Positions 37,901 through 52,215 are shown, counted from the first letter of the stretch. The stretch is 64,000 bases of DNA from Paraspadella gotoi (GCA_051294375.1 CM119267.1:4505438-4569437), one strand, 5' to 3'. Numbers and translations are program-made. Notes: a model not told the origin generated them from the sequence alone.

Positions 37901-40900
37901 GTCTCTCACACAGACTCCACCTCCCACTCTTCACGCCACGCCCTACCACCCGCAGCCTCTCTCTCACCCAGACCACACACCTACACGCTTCGCGCCTCAC
38001 GACAAGCTCACACCACTCCACCCCTATCCCCCATCCCACCGCCCCGACGCGACCGCAGAGAGAGAGAGACGAGAGAGAGAGAAGGAGAGAAAGACAGACG
38101 CGAACCGCGGTGGTCGAGAAACATTGTTCTCTGGTTAACGTTCCATGTACTAATATATAAGTCATTCCTTCTCGATAGAAGACAAAAGACACCAGCGCGA
38201 CCTCTTCGGTAGAACTTCGCGCAGGCCGAGTCCACGCTTGACGCAGAGCCAACCTCTCGACGGCTTTCATGCTTCGATGCTGACACGACGAGACGCTTAG
38301 AACGCGTGAGAGAGACGAGTTGTTTGTGCACAGGATGAGAGGAGAGCGATGTTTAATCCTCGCTTTGGACGAAGCCTGGTAGGGGGCGCAGTGGGGGGGG
38401 AGTTTTATTTGGGGGGATGTAAGGGGGTTGTTGTAGCTCATCTTGTAGACTTTTTTCTTTTCATGCCGTACCTCAGACGATTGTCTCACTTATTTCCTTT
38501 TCTTTTTTTGGTCGACCCCTTTGTCTATATTATCATTATTTCTAATATTAATCCACCTCATATTCAGTCTCTCAATTGTTCGATCCTTCGTTTTCTTCTG
38601 GAGTCAGTCGTCTGTAATAAGGTTTCCGATGGAAGACAATGTCACTAAAATATTTCGGAAACTTGATCTCCAACCCACAGGATATCGATAAAAATAAGTG
38701 AGACCACACACGTTGGGGTGCTAGGATACCGGAGTCGGATCAGCGACGTGTGCTCCATAAATCCGGGGCCCCACTGCGATTCTGTTGGAAAAATGAGTGG
38801 CATCTTTCCACCGCCCCAGATTCAACTCGGGCGGCCGACCTTCCACCTCTCGACACTCTACACCACCACTCTTCAACCAACCTTACGCCCCCCGGCTTAC
38901 CCTCCTCCGCCGTCCTCCAATCTCGGCCTTCAATATAAATGCACTTCTCTCGTTTTCATCGGGAGGGTTTTCTCACTCCCCAAGAGCACAGAAGGGGTCG
39001 ATAACTACCGTTGAGAAGAGGTACGATCCGAAGCAGAAGCGGGAGAGGAACGCACGAATGAGCACGAACGCTCTCGCCGAGACGACGAACGGCCGAGCCC
39101 ACCTCGGTCTGGGCGCCAACTCGCCCACCGCCCCGCACGCGTTCGGCGTCGCTCCAGCGTCAGCAGGGAAATCGCGGCGGTGGCGAGAGCAGTAGTGTAG
39201 AATTCAGGCAGGGAAACCAAATAGATCACCAGAAACAGCGCGCTGGGGGGGGTTGAAGAGAGGGGAAGCGGCGAGCGGCGGATTGCAGAATGCTGAGAAA
39301 GCGTCTGGGGAGGGACGTGCGAGCGGAAAAGGAGTCCGATCCGAAACGACTTCGGAAGTCACAGATGCGAAGAGGTAGGGAGGCTGCCATGTTTATCGTC
39401 ATTGTAGCTGTGTTGGTAAGTTTGATGATCTGGTGTTTGAGTAGTGATGCGGCTCACCGTTTATTTATTGATTAATAAATTAAGAATTAAAGGTTTAGTA
39501 CGTGTTTTTATGTAATATATATTTCCGTTATTTTGTCCGTTTTGAGAGAGTGACTAGTTAAGGTTGGGCTTCAGATAATTTACTTGTAGTTTGCGCTGTC
39601 GGGAGTACTCTTTGTATTTAAAATATGTAATGAATTAAAATAGTTTGAAATAATAATCCCTTCGTTGCCCCAACTTCAGTGGGCTTTATTGAGAGGAAAA
39701 TATATCTATAAAATTGTATAAGGAAAAATCAAATAATGAGAGAGAAAAGGCATTAATATATAAATTAGACTTTGAGAGAGTCTTGATAGGAAACGTTTGC
39801 TGAGAGGAGAGGGATGCCTGCGAATTGAGGAGAGAGATAAAGAATGATGCCGACGGACACGAACTCCGGTCGATCTGGAAATCTCGAGTGGGGTGTAAGA
39901 AGGTAGCGAGTTAATAGGCAGTCTTATAACCGTAAGCACATAATCAATTCGAAATTTATATCAACATATTATCCAAATGAACTAGTTTTATGTAAATTTC
40001 AGGAAATTCGACAAACAAATTTTTAGGCCTGTACACGACGCAATAATGAGACAGTAAAATAAAAATTTTAAAATACTGTTCAAGTTATTGAGCATCCCTT
40101 AATTATCGTAGTTGATCCCGGTGTGACAAGAGCCTTTGGAATTGGCTTATTTTTTTTCCGTTTCTGTTACCAGACAAAGAGAAATCGCCTTTTCATCACT
40201 GCGCATACTCTGTAATTTAATATGAATTGTGATAGTTTTTTCTCTATCCCTCAATATTCCTTGGCTTGTATTTCCAATTTTCATGATATATTCTTATCAT
40301 CAAACAATCTCTTTGCTAGCTTTTTCAATCTCAATTACTCTCTCCGCACAGTTTTGATTCTGTAATTCCTATCAAATGTTCGCTTTGATCTTTTTACCAC
40401 AATAAATGATTACGTTGATAATATCCGTATCTTTTACACCTATTTTAACCCTTTAATCCAATCTAAATTAATACCTTACACATACTTATCAATTCCCTTC
40501 CACAATTCCATTCCACTAAGCTCTTCGGCTGCTCTGTTTCTTCCTACAAGGTAAGACACAAGCTCTACATCTCGTCTGCGCCGCAGGCCGACCGCACCTC
40601 TTAAGTTCTTTTGTGTGCTTTGTCAGATCTAATTCCGGTTTTTTATATGGTTTTTCCGAAATTCCGGTTAGCCGGATTGGTTTTTAAGCCTCCCGGGAGT
40701 TCATGTATAAGATTTTTTCCGATCGTAAATATCTTACGTTATTTGTTTTTTTGGCGCGTACGTCACGGAGTCGTTGGGGCGAGTTTGGATGGATCCGTTG
40801 AGTTCGTTGCCATCGCGGGACGATTCGACGCCGGTTGTCGCGTCGCTCGTGCGTCGTTTCATTCACGTAAGAGGGTGGGGGATTCGCATATTGATCATCG

Positions 40901-43900
40901 AGATGCTATGTCAGGATCGTTTGTTCATCAGTTCAAGCACACCGCACCCTGCTCCAATCCACAATATCAGTCCGTGGGAAGCGGTCGATGATTGAATTAG
41001 TGAACACGGAGAAGGTTATCGCTCACACTGTTCGCGCGTCCACCTCTGAATTTCGAGTTGTATAGTTATAATAAAGAAAACAATGATAGTAATTTCACAA
41101 GGATTTTAAAAAAGTTTCGCCTGTGTGAGCGGCCGTTGCTATAAATAACAATTATTATTAATAGACTCATGATAAATTACTACGGTAATATAATATTTAA
41201 ATTAATTTTTTAACAAGAAAAAAGCTTTCTGTTAGTTCTATTTTTGAAATCCATGTTTCTTGTGTGAAAGTGGATCGAACAGAATTATTTGATTTTTACG
41301 AGTGGCAAATGCAAAAAACTCGTACAACCAATACGCCGCGAGCAAATTCAGCACCGGCGAAAACCTCAGAATCGAAACATTTGAAAGAAAGAGAGAGTAG
41401 ATGGAGATGAGGAAGAGAAAGTAACGTAGAGGAGAAGAGCAGAGAGAAGCAAGAAAGAGAATGAAAGAATGAGAGAGAGTATAGATGATGAGGAGAGAAG
41501 AAGAAAGATAGAAATATTTAAAAATAAGATAGAGAATAATTGTTTGTAAAAAGAGTAGCACCTTTATTAAATAAGCTTTATTAATTTCCTCAAAGGAGAG
41601 CGTACCGATTTTTCGGCGTACAAATTTAAAATTATCCCCAAACAAATGTATTCTATGAATTCATGCATTCGCCTCATAAATTATTCATTACCTGTAAATG
41701 TTACTTTAACGAATTTAAACAAAAAATAAATAAGATAACAAAAGACGATCTGTTTATTTTTTTCCGCGCCTTCAACCGAAAGTCTCTTCTTCTCGGTTCT
41801 TCTCTCGTCACTTCTCGCTGTCCAATTTTGAATGACCTCTTTGTGATGCAATGCTGTGCGATGGGGTACATCCGTCAAGTCATACCGTCCCCATGTTTAT
41901 GTTGTTCACTTGCTATGACGATTGTTTTGGTCTGTAAAAAACAACTCTGCAAAAAGGACAGGCGAAAAGGAAAAAGGTTAGGTGAAAGGGTGAGGCATAT
42001 CTAGGCAAAAGATAGAAAAATGAAATATTTGTGGAAGGTAAGAAAAATAATACGGATACTCACATTGGGGATGAGTAGTGATAAAGAGAACTGCTGAAAG
42101 AGGAGTCTTGAATTGATAACTTGCTATGTCATTTTCTGTAAGGTATCGTGGTAGGAGGGAAGACATTTAAACACCAATAAAAGGCAGAGGGGATATTTAC
42201 ATATAGAATCAGGGCAGAAATAGCAAAGATAGGCTTTGATTATGCTATTTTTTTGATGAGTATTATGCGCCGTTGTTTTTCACTTGTTTTCTTTTTTTAT
42301 CTTTTTGTCATCTTTTTTTTTTTCGTTCTTTGTATTTTCTTTTCTTTACTTTGTTTATCTGTTTTTTTCTTCAACTTTTTTTTTTTTAGTTCACATTCAC
42401 TTTTTCCTTGATTTATGGTTCAGTAATTTTTCAGACCTTCGTACTCTCAATACGTTTCCTTTTTTTTAAATAACGGGGACAAAAGTAATGAGTTCCTTGA
42501 CACACAAAAATCGTCGAGCATAGTAGACACCAAAGTCTTACACATTGAATCTGCTCTACTACGGTTAGTTTCTGTGGTTAGGAGCACCACAAAAGCACAA
42601 CCCAGATGCCACAAACACACAAAGTAAAAGCCAACAAAAGCCACAGAAGACTTTGCGGGCGACACATAGTGGCCCTATTCTCTACAAGAGGCAAGACGGT
42701 AGGCCTCCTCAAAGACTCTCGTGATGAAGAGAACTACGGGCAACACAACAATTTCCAGAAAAGCACAGTGACTCTCAGGCTTCACACGTCGACGGGCGCT
42801 GGACCAAGAACCGCGCAACCCCGACCTCCGGCGATAACGAAAACGAGGCGAAGTGGACTGAGGCGTTCAAAACCATCAGTAACAGCCTGACGGGTCAAAC
42901 GGACCGAAAGGAGAGTCCACTGAGACTAGTTCGTTACTAAGTTTGGTGACAATAAGGCTACATATAGCCTTATTTTATTAATTTAAATGAATGGATTTAT
43001 TTGTATGTAGTAATAAAGGACAAGTATTTGGTTTGTTATACACCCACAAGTGATTCCATAAAAACAAAGAATAAAACTAAAAAAACAGGTGGGAAATTAG
43101 GAATAATCGTTTGGTCCTAATTTAATCAAAATCCATCTCAACAAACACGCGACCGGCAGAACCCGGAGCCAATACCAGAACCGAGACTCCGACCGACTGG
43201 AGTGAATTGTCCTGGCGGCGAGACGAGATTGAAATTGATTTCGTGAAGAAATGTAAGAGTAAACAGGGTGCTGAGCATATTTAGACCGAAACCGAAAGTA
43301 AAGTTACTCGTCGACGACGGTGAGGGCAATCGTTGGATGGAACCGGGACATGCGATACGACGAGAGGTAAGGCAGCTTACTTTCGGGGCAGATAGATCTG
43401 ATCAAATAATATTAAAGTATTATAAAATCTGGGAATTGGTACAACCGAAAACTAAAAATTTATCCATCATTTATTAAAATTAAACTATCTCTGCTCCCCT
43501 GAACTTGGCAGGCTTTGTGGGTTTAGGCCTCACCTTCAACTCTTAACAAGATAATCGACATAGTCAGGTCCTGGCAAAGCTTTTTTCAATATGTAAAGAA
43601 TTATCTCATCACAGTCTTCGATTTATTCATAACTCCCAGAAGATAGTCTTTTTGTTTTTGTTACCTTGGCTTTCCTATCAATGAAGTTGTTTTTTATTTT
43701 TTTTTTATATAGAAAAAATTAATACTGTATCGTATAGTAGTTTTTTTTTTTATTTTATTATTTATATTTTCATATTCAAAAGTTTATATTTATTGTTTTT
43801 TTCAACAAAAATACGGAGGCAATAAAATCAACTCTTGTTCTTTTTGCCAATTCAATCTTATTAACTGAGAATAAGATGCAATAAATAATATTCATTCAGT

Positions 43901-46400
43901 TATTTATTATTTGTTTGTTTAGGCTCTCATATGATCTATTGTCGTTTATCTGATTTATTGATTGAATTCACTCGATCATTCCCCACATTCATTGATTCAC
44001 TCATTCATCTAATTCATTCATAAATTCATTTAAATACATTCATTCATTTATTAAATTCATTCAATTCTCCACAATAACAGAATTCCGCACCCAAGAAACC
44101 AGACGTTGACTGTTGCTGTTGTAGACGCAGAGGCGCCAAAGGTTTGAGCACCTCCCCCCCCCCGCCCCCTCTCGGGGATCGGAGACGATTCGGTTCTTTG
44201 GCTTTTGGGTCTCGTGATCGAATCACAGGTCGGTCAAAACATCGTCTCCAGAATTTTGGGACATCTCCTCCCTCGTACTCCTCCACTGACAATGGTAAAT
44301 CATAGCGTCTATATCTCATTTGCATATTTCAGGTACGCCTTTATTAATTTTTAACGGTTAATAACAAATTTTTGGGTAGTGATAATTTTTGATATGTTCG
44401 GTTGAAAAAAATCTTTTAGTCCGGTTTTTTAGCGATGATAACTTTTATGCATTCATGGTATTCTTGCCAAAAAAAAACCTAAGTTGAATTACGTTTCTTT
44501 CACCAACTCTTACTAACTTGTGAAATAAGAAATAATTCGTTCACGAAAAACTAAATAGATGTGAACAATTGTTCAAACCATCTCGCACATTAACCATGTA
44601 GTAGTGTAGTTGTCCCGGACAGCGGATTGCCCTTCGGATGTCTTATTACCACAATTTTTTCAAATTTTTTCACACTTAGCGTAACAGTAACACTGCAGAG
44701 CTGTGGTTCTGAAATGTACTCCGTTATACAATACATGAAAAACATTAAATTTCCGATTATTGGCCGAGTTAGGTGGAAACCGGCTGGGAGTCCTTAAAAA
44801 CCTGCCAACCGGCTAACCGAGATTCAAACTTGTAGAAGATCTTTGGCTCGAGAAGTGGGATAACTCCAGCCGTAGTAGGATTCGCAAGAGACAGTGGGTT
44901 CCTGTCTCATTGCAGTCTTCAAGAACTGACTCTTGAAGCCCTTTTGGAGAGGGTGTTCCGACCGTCGAGCAGTTCGCGATACACCCCCTGTAGAAGAGGC
45001 GAAAATGACTGTTACTGGTGTGATAAGTGTGAAAATACGATGCTGACAGCAATCGGCTGGATTTTTAACAGATTTAGAACAATAGCAGATGTAATCCGAT
45101 CGTCCGCTCAAAAATCAATCAATTAATGCAAAAGGTGTTATCCCATAAGGATTCTTCGCTATGAAATTGGTTACAAACCAATATAAATTATCATCCGTTT
45201 CAATAAATAAGCTATCTTGTCCTCATGTACAAAGCCTGAAGATTGTACAGGCTAAGCATTAATAAATTAAACATTATACATATAACAATTATACAAACGC
45301 CATATCACCGTGTTCCTTGAAAGCGATCCATGAAAAAACCTCGCGGAACGGGCGTCTCTCTTCTTCGTCGATGTGTTGTTGTTCTTTGGCGATGGACGCA
45401 CGATTTTCTTCTTCTCGACGTTCTCGTCGTCGTCGGTCGTCGTCGCTGTCGTCTTCTTCGTTCGTCGTGGTTTAGTGGTCGTTGTCTTAGTGGCGCTTTT
45501 GGTCGTAGTAGGTGGTCCGTAGTAGTGGTTGGTTGGTAGTCGTGGTAGAAGCACTTACCGTGTGTCGTTAGTATAGAGTTTAGGTAGTTGTGTAAGTCGT
45601 CGGGTTTTCTGTTTTTGACTGGTCGTCCCGTTAGTCGGTCGATTCGTCGTTGGTTTGGTAGTCGTAAAGGGAGAACGTTCTTCCTCAGTCGTCTCAGCCC
45701 CCCTTCGGGACCCTGTCTCTCGGTCGAGGCGTTGTCGTCGGCAGCCTCCCAGTGGGTTAAAGGGGTGGAGGCTCGTCGAGCGTCGCTGCGGTAGGTTGTG
45801 TGTCGCAGCGGCTGGGGGCGTACCGTCTCCTCCTTCATGTTTCTCCACGCTCCTCTCCCCCTGAAACTCGTCTCCGACGCCCGCCTCCGTCTGTCGCGCA
45901 CCCTCTCGCCGGCTTCTGCGGCCTTCAGTCTCTCCTCAATTCGGCCAATACATGGACTCAACCTTTTGTCGACGGTTCGTACTGACGAGCTGAGCGAGGA
46001 AGAAGGAGGCAGGAGAAAGGAGGGAGAGAGGCTCAGTTGCCAGCTTCCAGAATTTCATTGACCCTTATTTTTTTTTTTAATTGGGTGGTATTGGTTATTT
46101 GTAATGGTTAAATTGGATTTCAGTTTTTTTTTCGTGGTTTATTTTGTTTCTCTTTTTTATCGTTTTATGAGAGATTTGACACAAAACAAAGTTACCGGTG
46201 CGAATGAAGTGGTCGACGTTAAAAATTAGGATGAGATGGGAATGAATGGATAAATTCGGAGATTAGAAGGTGGTATTATATTTTTTTTTAAAAAAGAAAA
46301 AGGTTTAGAAATGCGAATGACCAGTGCGTCACGTTTGACATCACTCTTCGTAAATACGGTATGTAACGTAAATGTTGGTTATTATCTTGGGTGTTTAAAG
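35000..46400 (-). repeat. Inverted, indel-rich copy of about 12.2-21 kb plus about 31.6-32.2 kb
   Basis: Reverse-complement matches in collinear order: 46.0 kb = signal exon, 45.3-45.5 kb = mucin exon end, 44.8-45.0 kb = exon 2, 44.1-44.3 kb = exon 3, 43.2-43.4 kb = exon 4, 41.8 kb = exon 5, 39.0-39.4 kb = GPCR TM1, 35.4-35.7 kb = GPCR TM4-5. Confidence 0.9.
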
Positions 46401-46790
46401 ATAGAAAAAAAAAAAAGAGAAGAGAAAAAAAAACAAAAATAAAACTATTTTTGTTGTTGTATGAAAAATAAATGTTTATCAATTATTCTTGTATATTTAG
46501 TCGTGATCTAGTATCCGAGTAATATTTTTTTTTAGACTTAGTGCCATTGTTAATGACGTTTATACTGAATCAATCACGTGGAATTCGAATAAGAGCGAAA
46601 AATATAGAAAATAATAAGTAATAATAATAAATAATAGTAATTCCAGTTAAGCATCAAAGTAATATCAAAAGTGCAACAACGCTCTGACCCCAACTTAATA
46701 CTCAACCATTCCTCCCACAATACGCAATACAGTTACCAGTTCTGTCTTGTCTACCCCCGAGACTTTCCACGCCGACCGCCCTTCTACCAG

Positions 46791-46943
46791 GACGAGGTGC
46801 TGGAGGCCCGGCGCCGCATCGGCACCGTGGCGGCGCTGATGGCGCTCTTCTTGGCGACGCACCTCCCGGCGATGATCGTGCGAGTCTTCGTCGGCGTCTA
46901 TCCGGCCGTCGGACGCGACCTCTTGGAGGAAAGGGGATTCGAG
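46791..46943 (+). CDS. Putative GPCR TM6 exon
   Basis: Acceptor CTTCTACCAG|GAC; DEVLEARRRIGTVAALMALFLATHLPAMIVRVFVGVYPAVGRDLLEERGFE; donor GAG|GTGAGA. A basic run followed by FxxxxLP is TM6-like. Confidence 0.6.
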
Positions 46944-47179
46944 GTGAGAGGGCGCTAGTAAAGGGCGTTGTTGTTGTTGTTGTAGACATTGCTGATGTTG
47001 ACGATGTCGTTGTTGTTGATTTCGATGTTTATATTGTTTGAATCTTTAAGAAGATTGACCGGGATAAGAATAAAACAAACCCGGTCATTTTTAACTATAT
47101 TTATAAATAATTGTTATGTTTTTTAATTGCATAAGCGGACATTACTTCTGTCTACCCCACTGAAATAACATCTTCTCCC

Positions 47180-47533
47180 CGATACCTGATCCGTGATGGT
47201 CTCTTGCGTTCTCCCCGCTTATTCTTCATTATCTTCCCTCAAAGTCTTCCTCTACGGCTCTGCCGACGCACGTTCCGCAAAACACTGCGCCGCTTCTGCC
47301 TTTTGTTTGCGATGGGCCACTCTGAGGCTGGTTCCGTCCCGCTGCTGCCCCGCCGCCTGCCGCTGCAGAGTTTGGTGCCCCGTCGACGCAGACTGCCACA
47401 AGATGTGGCTTTAGCAGCCATGCTATTCCCTCATCGGGACCGTAGTTCGATGTGCTGTCTTCCGAACAAAAAATACCGGTGCACGCCCGTCCAGCTCGTC
47501 GTTAGTAATTCCGGTCGAACAAGTCTAAGATGA
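47180..47533 (+). CDS. Putative GPCR TM7, helix 8 and C-tail exon (frameshifted in this assembly)
   Basis: VMVSCVLPAYSSLSSLKVFLYGSAD, then adjacent-frame TFRKTLRRFC (Y-x6-F-R pattern of TM7/helix 8) and a Cys-containing tail. Boundaries approximate. Confidence 0.5.
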   Translation, partial: RYLIRDGLLRSPRLFFIIFPQSLPLRLCRRTFRKTLRRFCLLFAMGHSEAGSVPLLPRRLPLQSLVPRRRRLPQDVALAAMLFPHRDRSSMCCLPNKKYRCTPVQLVVSNSGRTSLR

Positions 47534-50500
47534 AGGGAGAAAGAAGAGGAGAGCGAGAGAAGACGAAGAATATAAATAAAGAGACTAGAGAAGAGATCAA
47601 ACGAGGAGAAGGAGAACGATGAGAGAGACATAATAGAAAATTCGATCCTTTCTCTTTTGAGATTATAATATACGAAAAGAGCAACAAATCGCTTTTTCTT
47701 CTTTTCTCTTTTAAATTTTTACTAGTTTCTCTTTTTTGTTTTTACGTGCCGGCCTTTTAACTCTCTCTCATCTCTTCCTCGTCTCTCCTCTCTCCTCTCT
47801 CTCTCTCTCTCCTCTTCCTCTCTCTCTCTCTCCTCTCCTCTCTCTCCTAACCTCCCTCTTTTTTGGGGTATCCCACCGTATTATTGATAAATATGATCTG
47901 AATAAGAAGACATTGATATTGTAGGTACATCTTGAGTAGTCTTGGCGTTACCGAATGAATATAAAAAGAAAAACAATTTTCGAGAGCAGCTCCTCTCTTT
48001 CTCTCTCTCTCGCTGAGAACTTTGATTGATACATTTGCATCCTCTTTTCTGTAGATATGAGATTGACTGAATTGTATTAGTGTATTATTGAATTGCAATA
48101 CTAATAAAGAATTCGAGATTAAGTGTAATCTGTAATCATCTTTGTGAGATTGAATCGTTGGACCATAGAAGGAGAAATAAAAGACTTAATCGGCTTAGCG
48201 TATCAGCAATCTTACTTATCTATTGCAGTTTTTTAATAGCTTTCAATTTCGTAGCTATTATCGAGCACCATAATCTTGTTAATATATGTATATTATGTAT
48301 TTGAGTCGGTTTTTTTAACGAAACTGTCAGGTATAATAGTTACAACAGTTACATTCAACTTTTACCTTTTGCTATTTTGATGTAAAACCGCGTTAGAGTC
48401 AAACATTTTTAAAACCGACCGACTCTCTGGGTTATGTCCTCTATGGGTGTCACCCACGCAGAACTAATCGGGTCCAAGGTTGCATCCTTTAAAGTACATA
48501 TTTGTAATTAATAAAAAGAGAAAAATAAATGTCTTATTAACTATATATACCAAAATCTAATACATTGAAATCTGACCACCCACGCAAAAAAAATTTCATT
48601 CTCAGTTGTTTTCAAAGAAAACTAAAGTGTCTCTCTCTCTGTCTGCGCTCGGCACAGATCCCAAAAAAAGAAAAGAAAGTTACGGTTCTCAGTGGGAAAA
48701 AAAAATTGTAGTAAAGAAGCTTGTTTACGGCCTTTGACCCTCGATGTCCCGTCGGGCTGCGGCTGCGGTGCGGCAGAGGCAGCAGGCGGCGGCCACTGCT
48801 TAAAACTCCTGGCTGCGTAAGAGGNNNNNNNNNNNNNNNNNNNNNNNNNNNNNNNNNNNNNNNNNNNNNNNNNNNNNNNNNNNNNNNNNNNNNNNNNNNN
48901 NNNNNNNNNNNNNNNNNNNNNNNNNNNNNNNNNNNNNNNNNNNNNNNNNNNNNNNNNNNNNNNNNNNNNNNNNNNNNNNNNNNNNNNNNNNNNNNNNNNN
49001 NNNNNNNNNNNNNNNNNNNNNNNNNNNNNNNNNNNNNNNNNNNNNNNNNNNNNNNNNNNNNNNNNNNNNNNNNNNNNNNNNNNNNNNNNNNNNNNNNNNN
49101 NNNNNNNNNNNNNNNNNNNNNNNNCGACGACCACGACGACAGAACGGGAGGATCTGTGAGTTCCTTGAGAAGTGGACGGGTGTGTCCAAATTAGATTTCT
49201 CCTTCGGCAGCGTGAAATAAGCGTTGGGTTAAAATTGGCTTATTTGCAAGTGTACTATTGAGTATTTCGCGCTGGAGGCGTTTATTAAAAATGGCGACAT
49301 AATTTGGGTTTCTTTTAAAGAAAATTATATCGAAGCATCTGTCAGCATTTTTTATTTTGTTCAAAACGTTTTCTTTCCTTTGTACCCTGCTTTGGACAAA
49401 ACGACAACGAAGATGACGACGATGACGACGATTCAAAGATAACAAAAAAAACCCCTATCCCGCTGAGATTTGAGAGAGAGAGAGAGAGAGGAGAGACGAG
49501 AGACGGATCGAGAGACGAGCAGAAGCAGAGAGGAGATAGGAGTCCTGGAGAGACGAGAGGACGAGGGAGATGAGAGAGGAAGGGGAGAAGAAAGCAAAAA
49601 CCGGTGCGGGGCGTGACGAAAAAGCGGACCCCACTAATAATAGGAACATAAATTGCTTATTAACCACTAGTGTGAGGAGTGGGCAGAGAGATCAGAAGAT
49701 TGATGAGATGAGTTCACTATGTACAGATTTTCTCTACCCTTTNNNNNNNNNNNNNNNNNNNNNNNNNAGAGAGAGAGAGAGAGTCACGACGAATCTTGAA
49801 GTGTTTCTTCCCGCGGTCAGAGTTCAGTGATTCCTATCTTTTGGTCTCGATCTTGNNNNNNNNNNNNNNNNNNNNNNNNNNNNNNNNNNNNNNNNNNNNN
49901 NNNNNNNNNNNNNNNNNNNNNNNNNNNNNNNNNNNNNNNNNNNNNNNNNNNNNNNNNNNNNNNNNNNNNNNNNNNNNNNNNNNNNNNNNNNNNNNNNNNN
50001 NNNNNNNNNNNNNNNNNNNNNNNNNNNNNNNNNNNNNNNNNNNNNNNNNNNNNNNNNNNNNNNNNNNNNNNNNNNNNNNNNNNNNNNNNNNNNNNNNNNN
50101 NNNNNNNNNNNNNNNNNNNNNNNNNNNNNNNNNNNNNNNNNAGAATTAGCAGGGTTGACAATTTGAGCTTCACTAAATTGCAAGACAAAATGTTTTTTAT
50201 CATGTCTGTATTTAGTATTTTGGTTAACTATCTCGGTTATAAAAATCCTATTTATCATGCCATATTTGTCATCAAACGGGAAGGTCTAATGTCTAAATTG
50301 ACGCAGTGCCTTTAATTTTTATAACATTGAACTTTTATAGCAAGTTTGCACATACTTCTTCCAGTGCCCCGAACCCATCACGCCGACCGCAGGGCGAGGC
50401 GGAGGGCGGCTGTGTTCACCAATTCTCAGTGGATTTCTTTTCCGCGAGAACCGAGACGACGCGGAAAACTTTTTTCCCGCCAAAAATCGAAAAACGAGAA

Positions 50501-50634
50501 TTTCAAACAAAACAAAAAAAAGTTTTTTTTCTTTATTTTAAAAAAAAATATTCGCTCGAAATATCAAGGACGAAAAAAACACTCGCAGGAATTTGCACCG
50601 CTCCGTCAGAAAATTCTTCTCTCTTCTCTTCTCT

Positions 50635-50685
<51 letters not shown>

Positions 50686-52215
50686 CTCTTCTCTCTCTCT
50701 CTTCTCTCTCTCTCTCTCAAAAATTCACTCCTCTCGTATTTATTTAGTATCGAATAGAGCGACTTTGATTTTAATGAGTTCGATCAACAAAGTCACCCCG
50801 TGGTCGCACCTAATCGCACGCAATTTCCCGATGCGTGTTCGCCATTTCGCACACGCAGAAGCCTTCTCTCTTCTCTGTCGCCTTTTGTTGTACCGTTTAA
50901 AAAAACAAAAAACAAAAAAAAAACAACTTTTCCCCCCTTTTTTTCCTTCCCAGAAACGAGGACATTCTTATGTCGATTAGTCACTCTGTTCCTTCCCCCA
51001 CAACCCCGCATTACCCAACGACGACCAATGACGCTTCGGGATTTTCTTGTTTTGTTTTCTTCATTCGATCAATTTTGACATTTCCCGATAAACATTCTCG
51101 ACTCTCGACATTCGGTTTCGACTTCGATTTCTCACTTTCTCTCTGCCCCTAATTTCACCCCCTCTCCTCGTACCCTTCCCCCCCCCCTTGCCTCTACAGT
51201 CACTCACAGCCCCCCTGCCCTTCCCACCCCGGCCCCGCGCCATTGAGATTTCGCCGGTTTTGGGCGGGGCTTCGAAAATTTTCTCGCGCGCGTGATCGGC
51301 CGATCGAAAATTTTTCCTGCGACCCCGGGTTCGACCGGGGTTCGTGGGCGTTTTCACTCGTGAGAAAAGAAAGTCGCAATCGTTTATGTTTGCATGTCGT
51401 TGTGTTAATTTTGAGGAAATGTTTTTGGAAAGAAATCTACCACAGTCGTGAGTTAAAAATTAAACCATGTGACCTTCTATTGCATCGAGGGGGTCAGAGA
51501 AATCTTTAAGATGACTATAGTTCACAAATCGCTAATGTATTTCCTTTTTGAAAAGTTTTTTTTTCCCCCTCCCGATCGATTACTCTCCAAGAAACTCGGC
51601 GCCTTTTCGCTAGTGTTAAAATGACCTGGAGTTCGACGTAGCTCATTGTGAGCCGTTGTTTCAAAGATTATATGCACTGTACTACAGTGCTGTAGCGTTG
51701 TGGTAAAATCCGTTTATCCCAAACCCTGTCCTTTATAAAGACGACCTTGAAATATTTCGCACCGATCGCGGCGTGAATTAGTCGCTGGCTTTTTTTGTTT
51801 ACACTAAACCAAAGGTAAACAAACGCGGGTCCGGAGTTCGAATCCTTTCCTTCCCGATTTTAATTTTTTTTTTTTCAAATTCTTTTTCCATTTCCTCGTG
51901 TGAAGAAAACAAAAAGAAGTTTTCCTATGACTTCGAACGCGTTTGTTTATTTTAAGTTTTAAGTCCTCGGACCGACGCGGTTTAAACCCAAACAGTCGAC
52001 GATTCGCGTAGTATTTCCTATTAATTTTTTTTTTTTACTCTTTTTTTTTTAACTTGAAAACAAAGGAAAATCAAGTCTTTTTTTTTTTTGAAGGCGGAGA
52101 TTTTCGGTTTCCCATGACTTTTTCGGTTCGGATGCGTCTCATTTATAAATTTACTCCATTTTTCTTAATGATAATAAATTTGTGAATGAGAGGGCAAAAT
52201 TTAGATAGCTTTTTT

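Noticed and set aside
33900-38000. His/Thr/Leu-rich ORFs in strongly G-poor sequence
   Set aside because: They lie in the most degraded part of the inverted copy; the composition is better explained by low-quality read sequence.
38700-46061. Apparent minus-strand paralogues or pseudogenes of the mucin-like and GPCR exons
   Set aside because: Part of the inverted indel-rich copy; not counted as independent genes without read support.
51610-51850. tRNA-like boxes (GTAGCTCA, TAGCGTTGTGG, GAGTTCGAATCC)
   Set aside because: The T-stem does not pair, there is no acceptor stem, and the box spacing is too long; at most a decayed SINE-like remnant.
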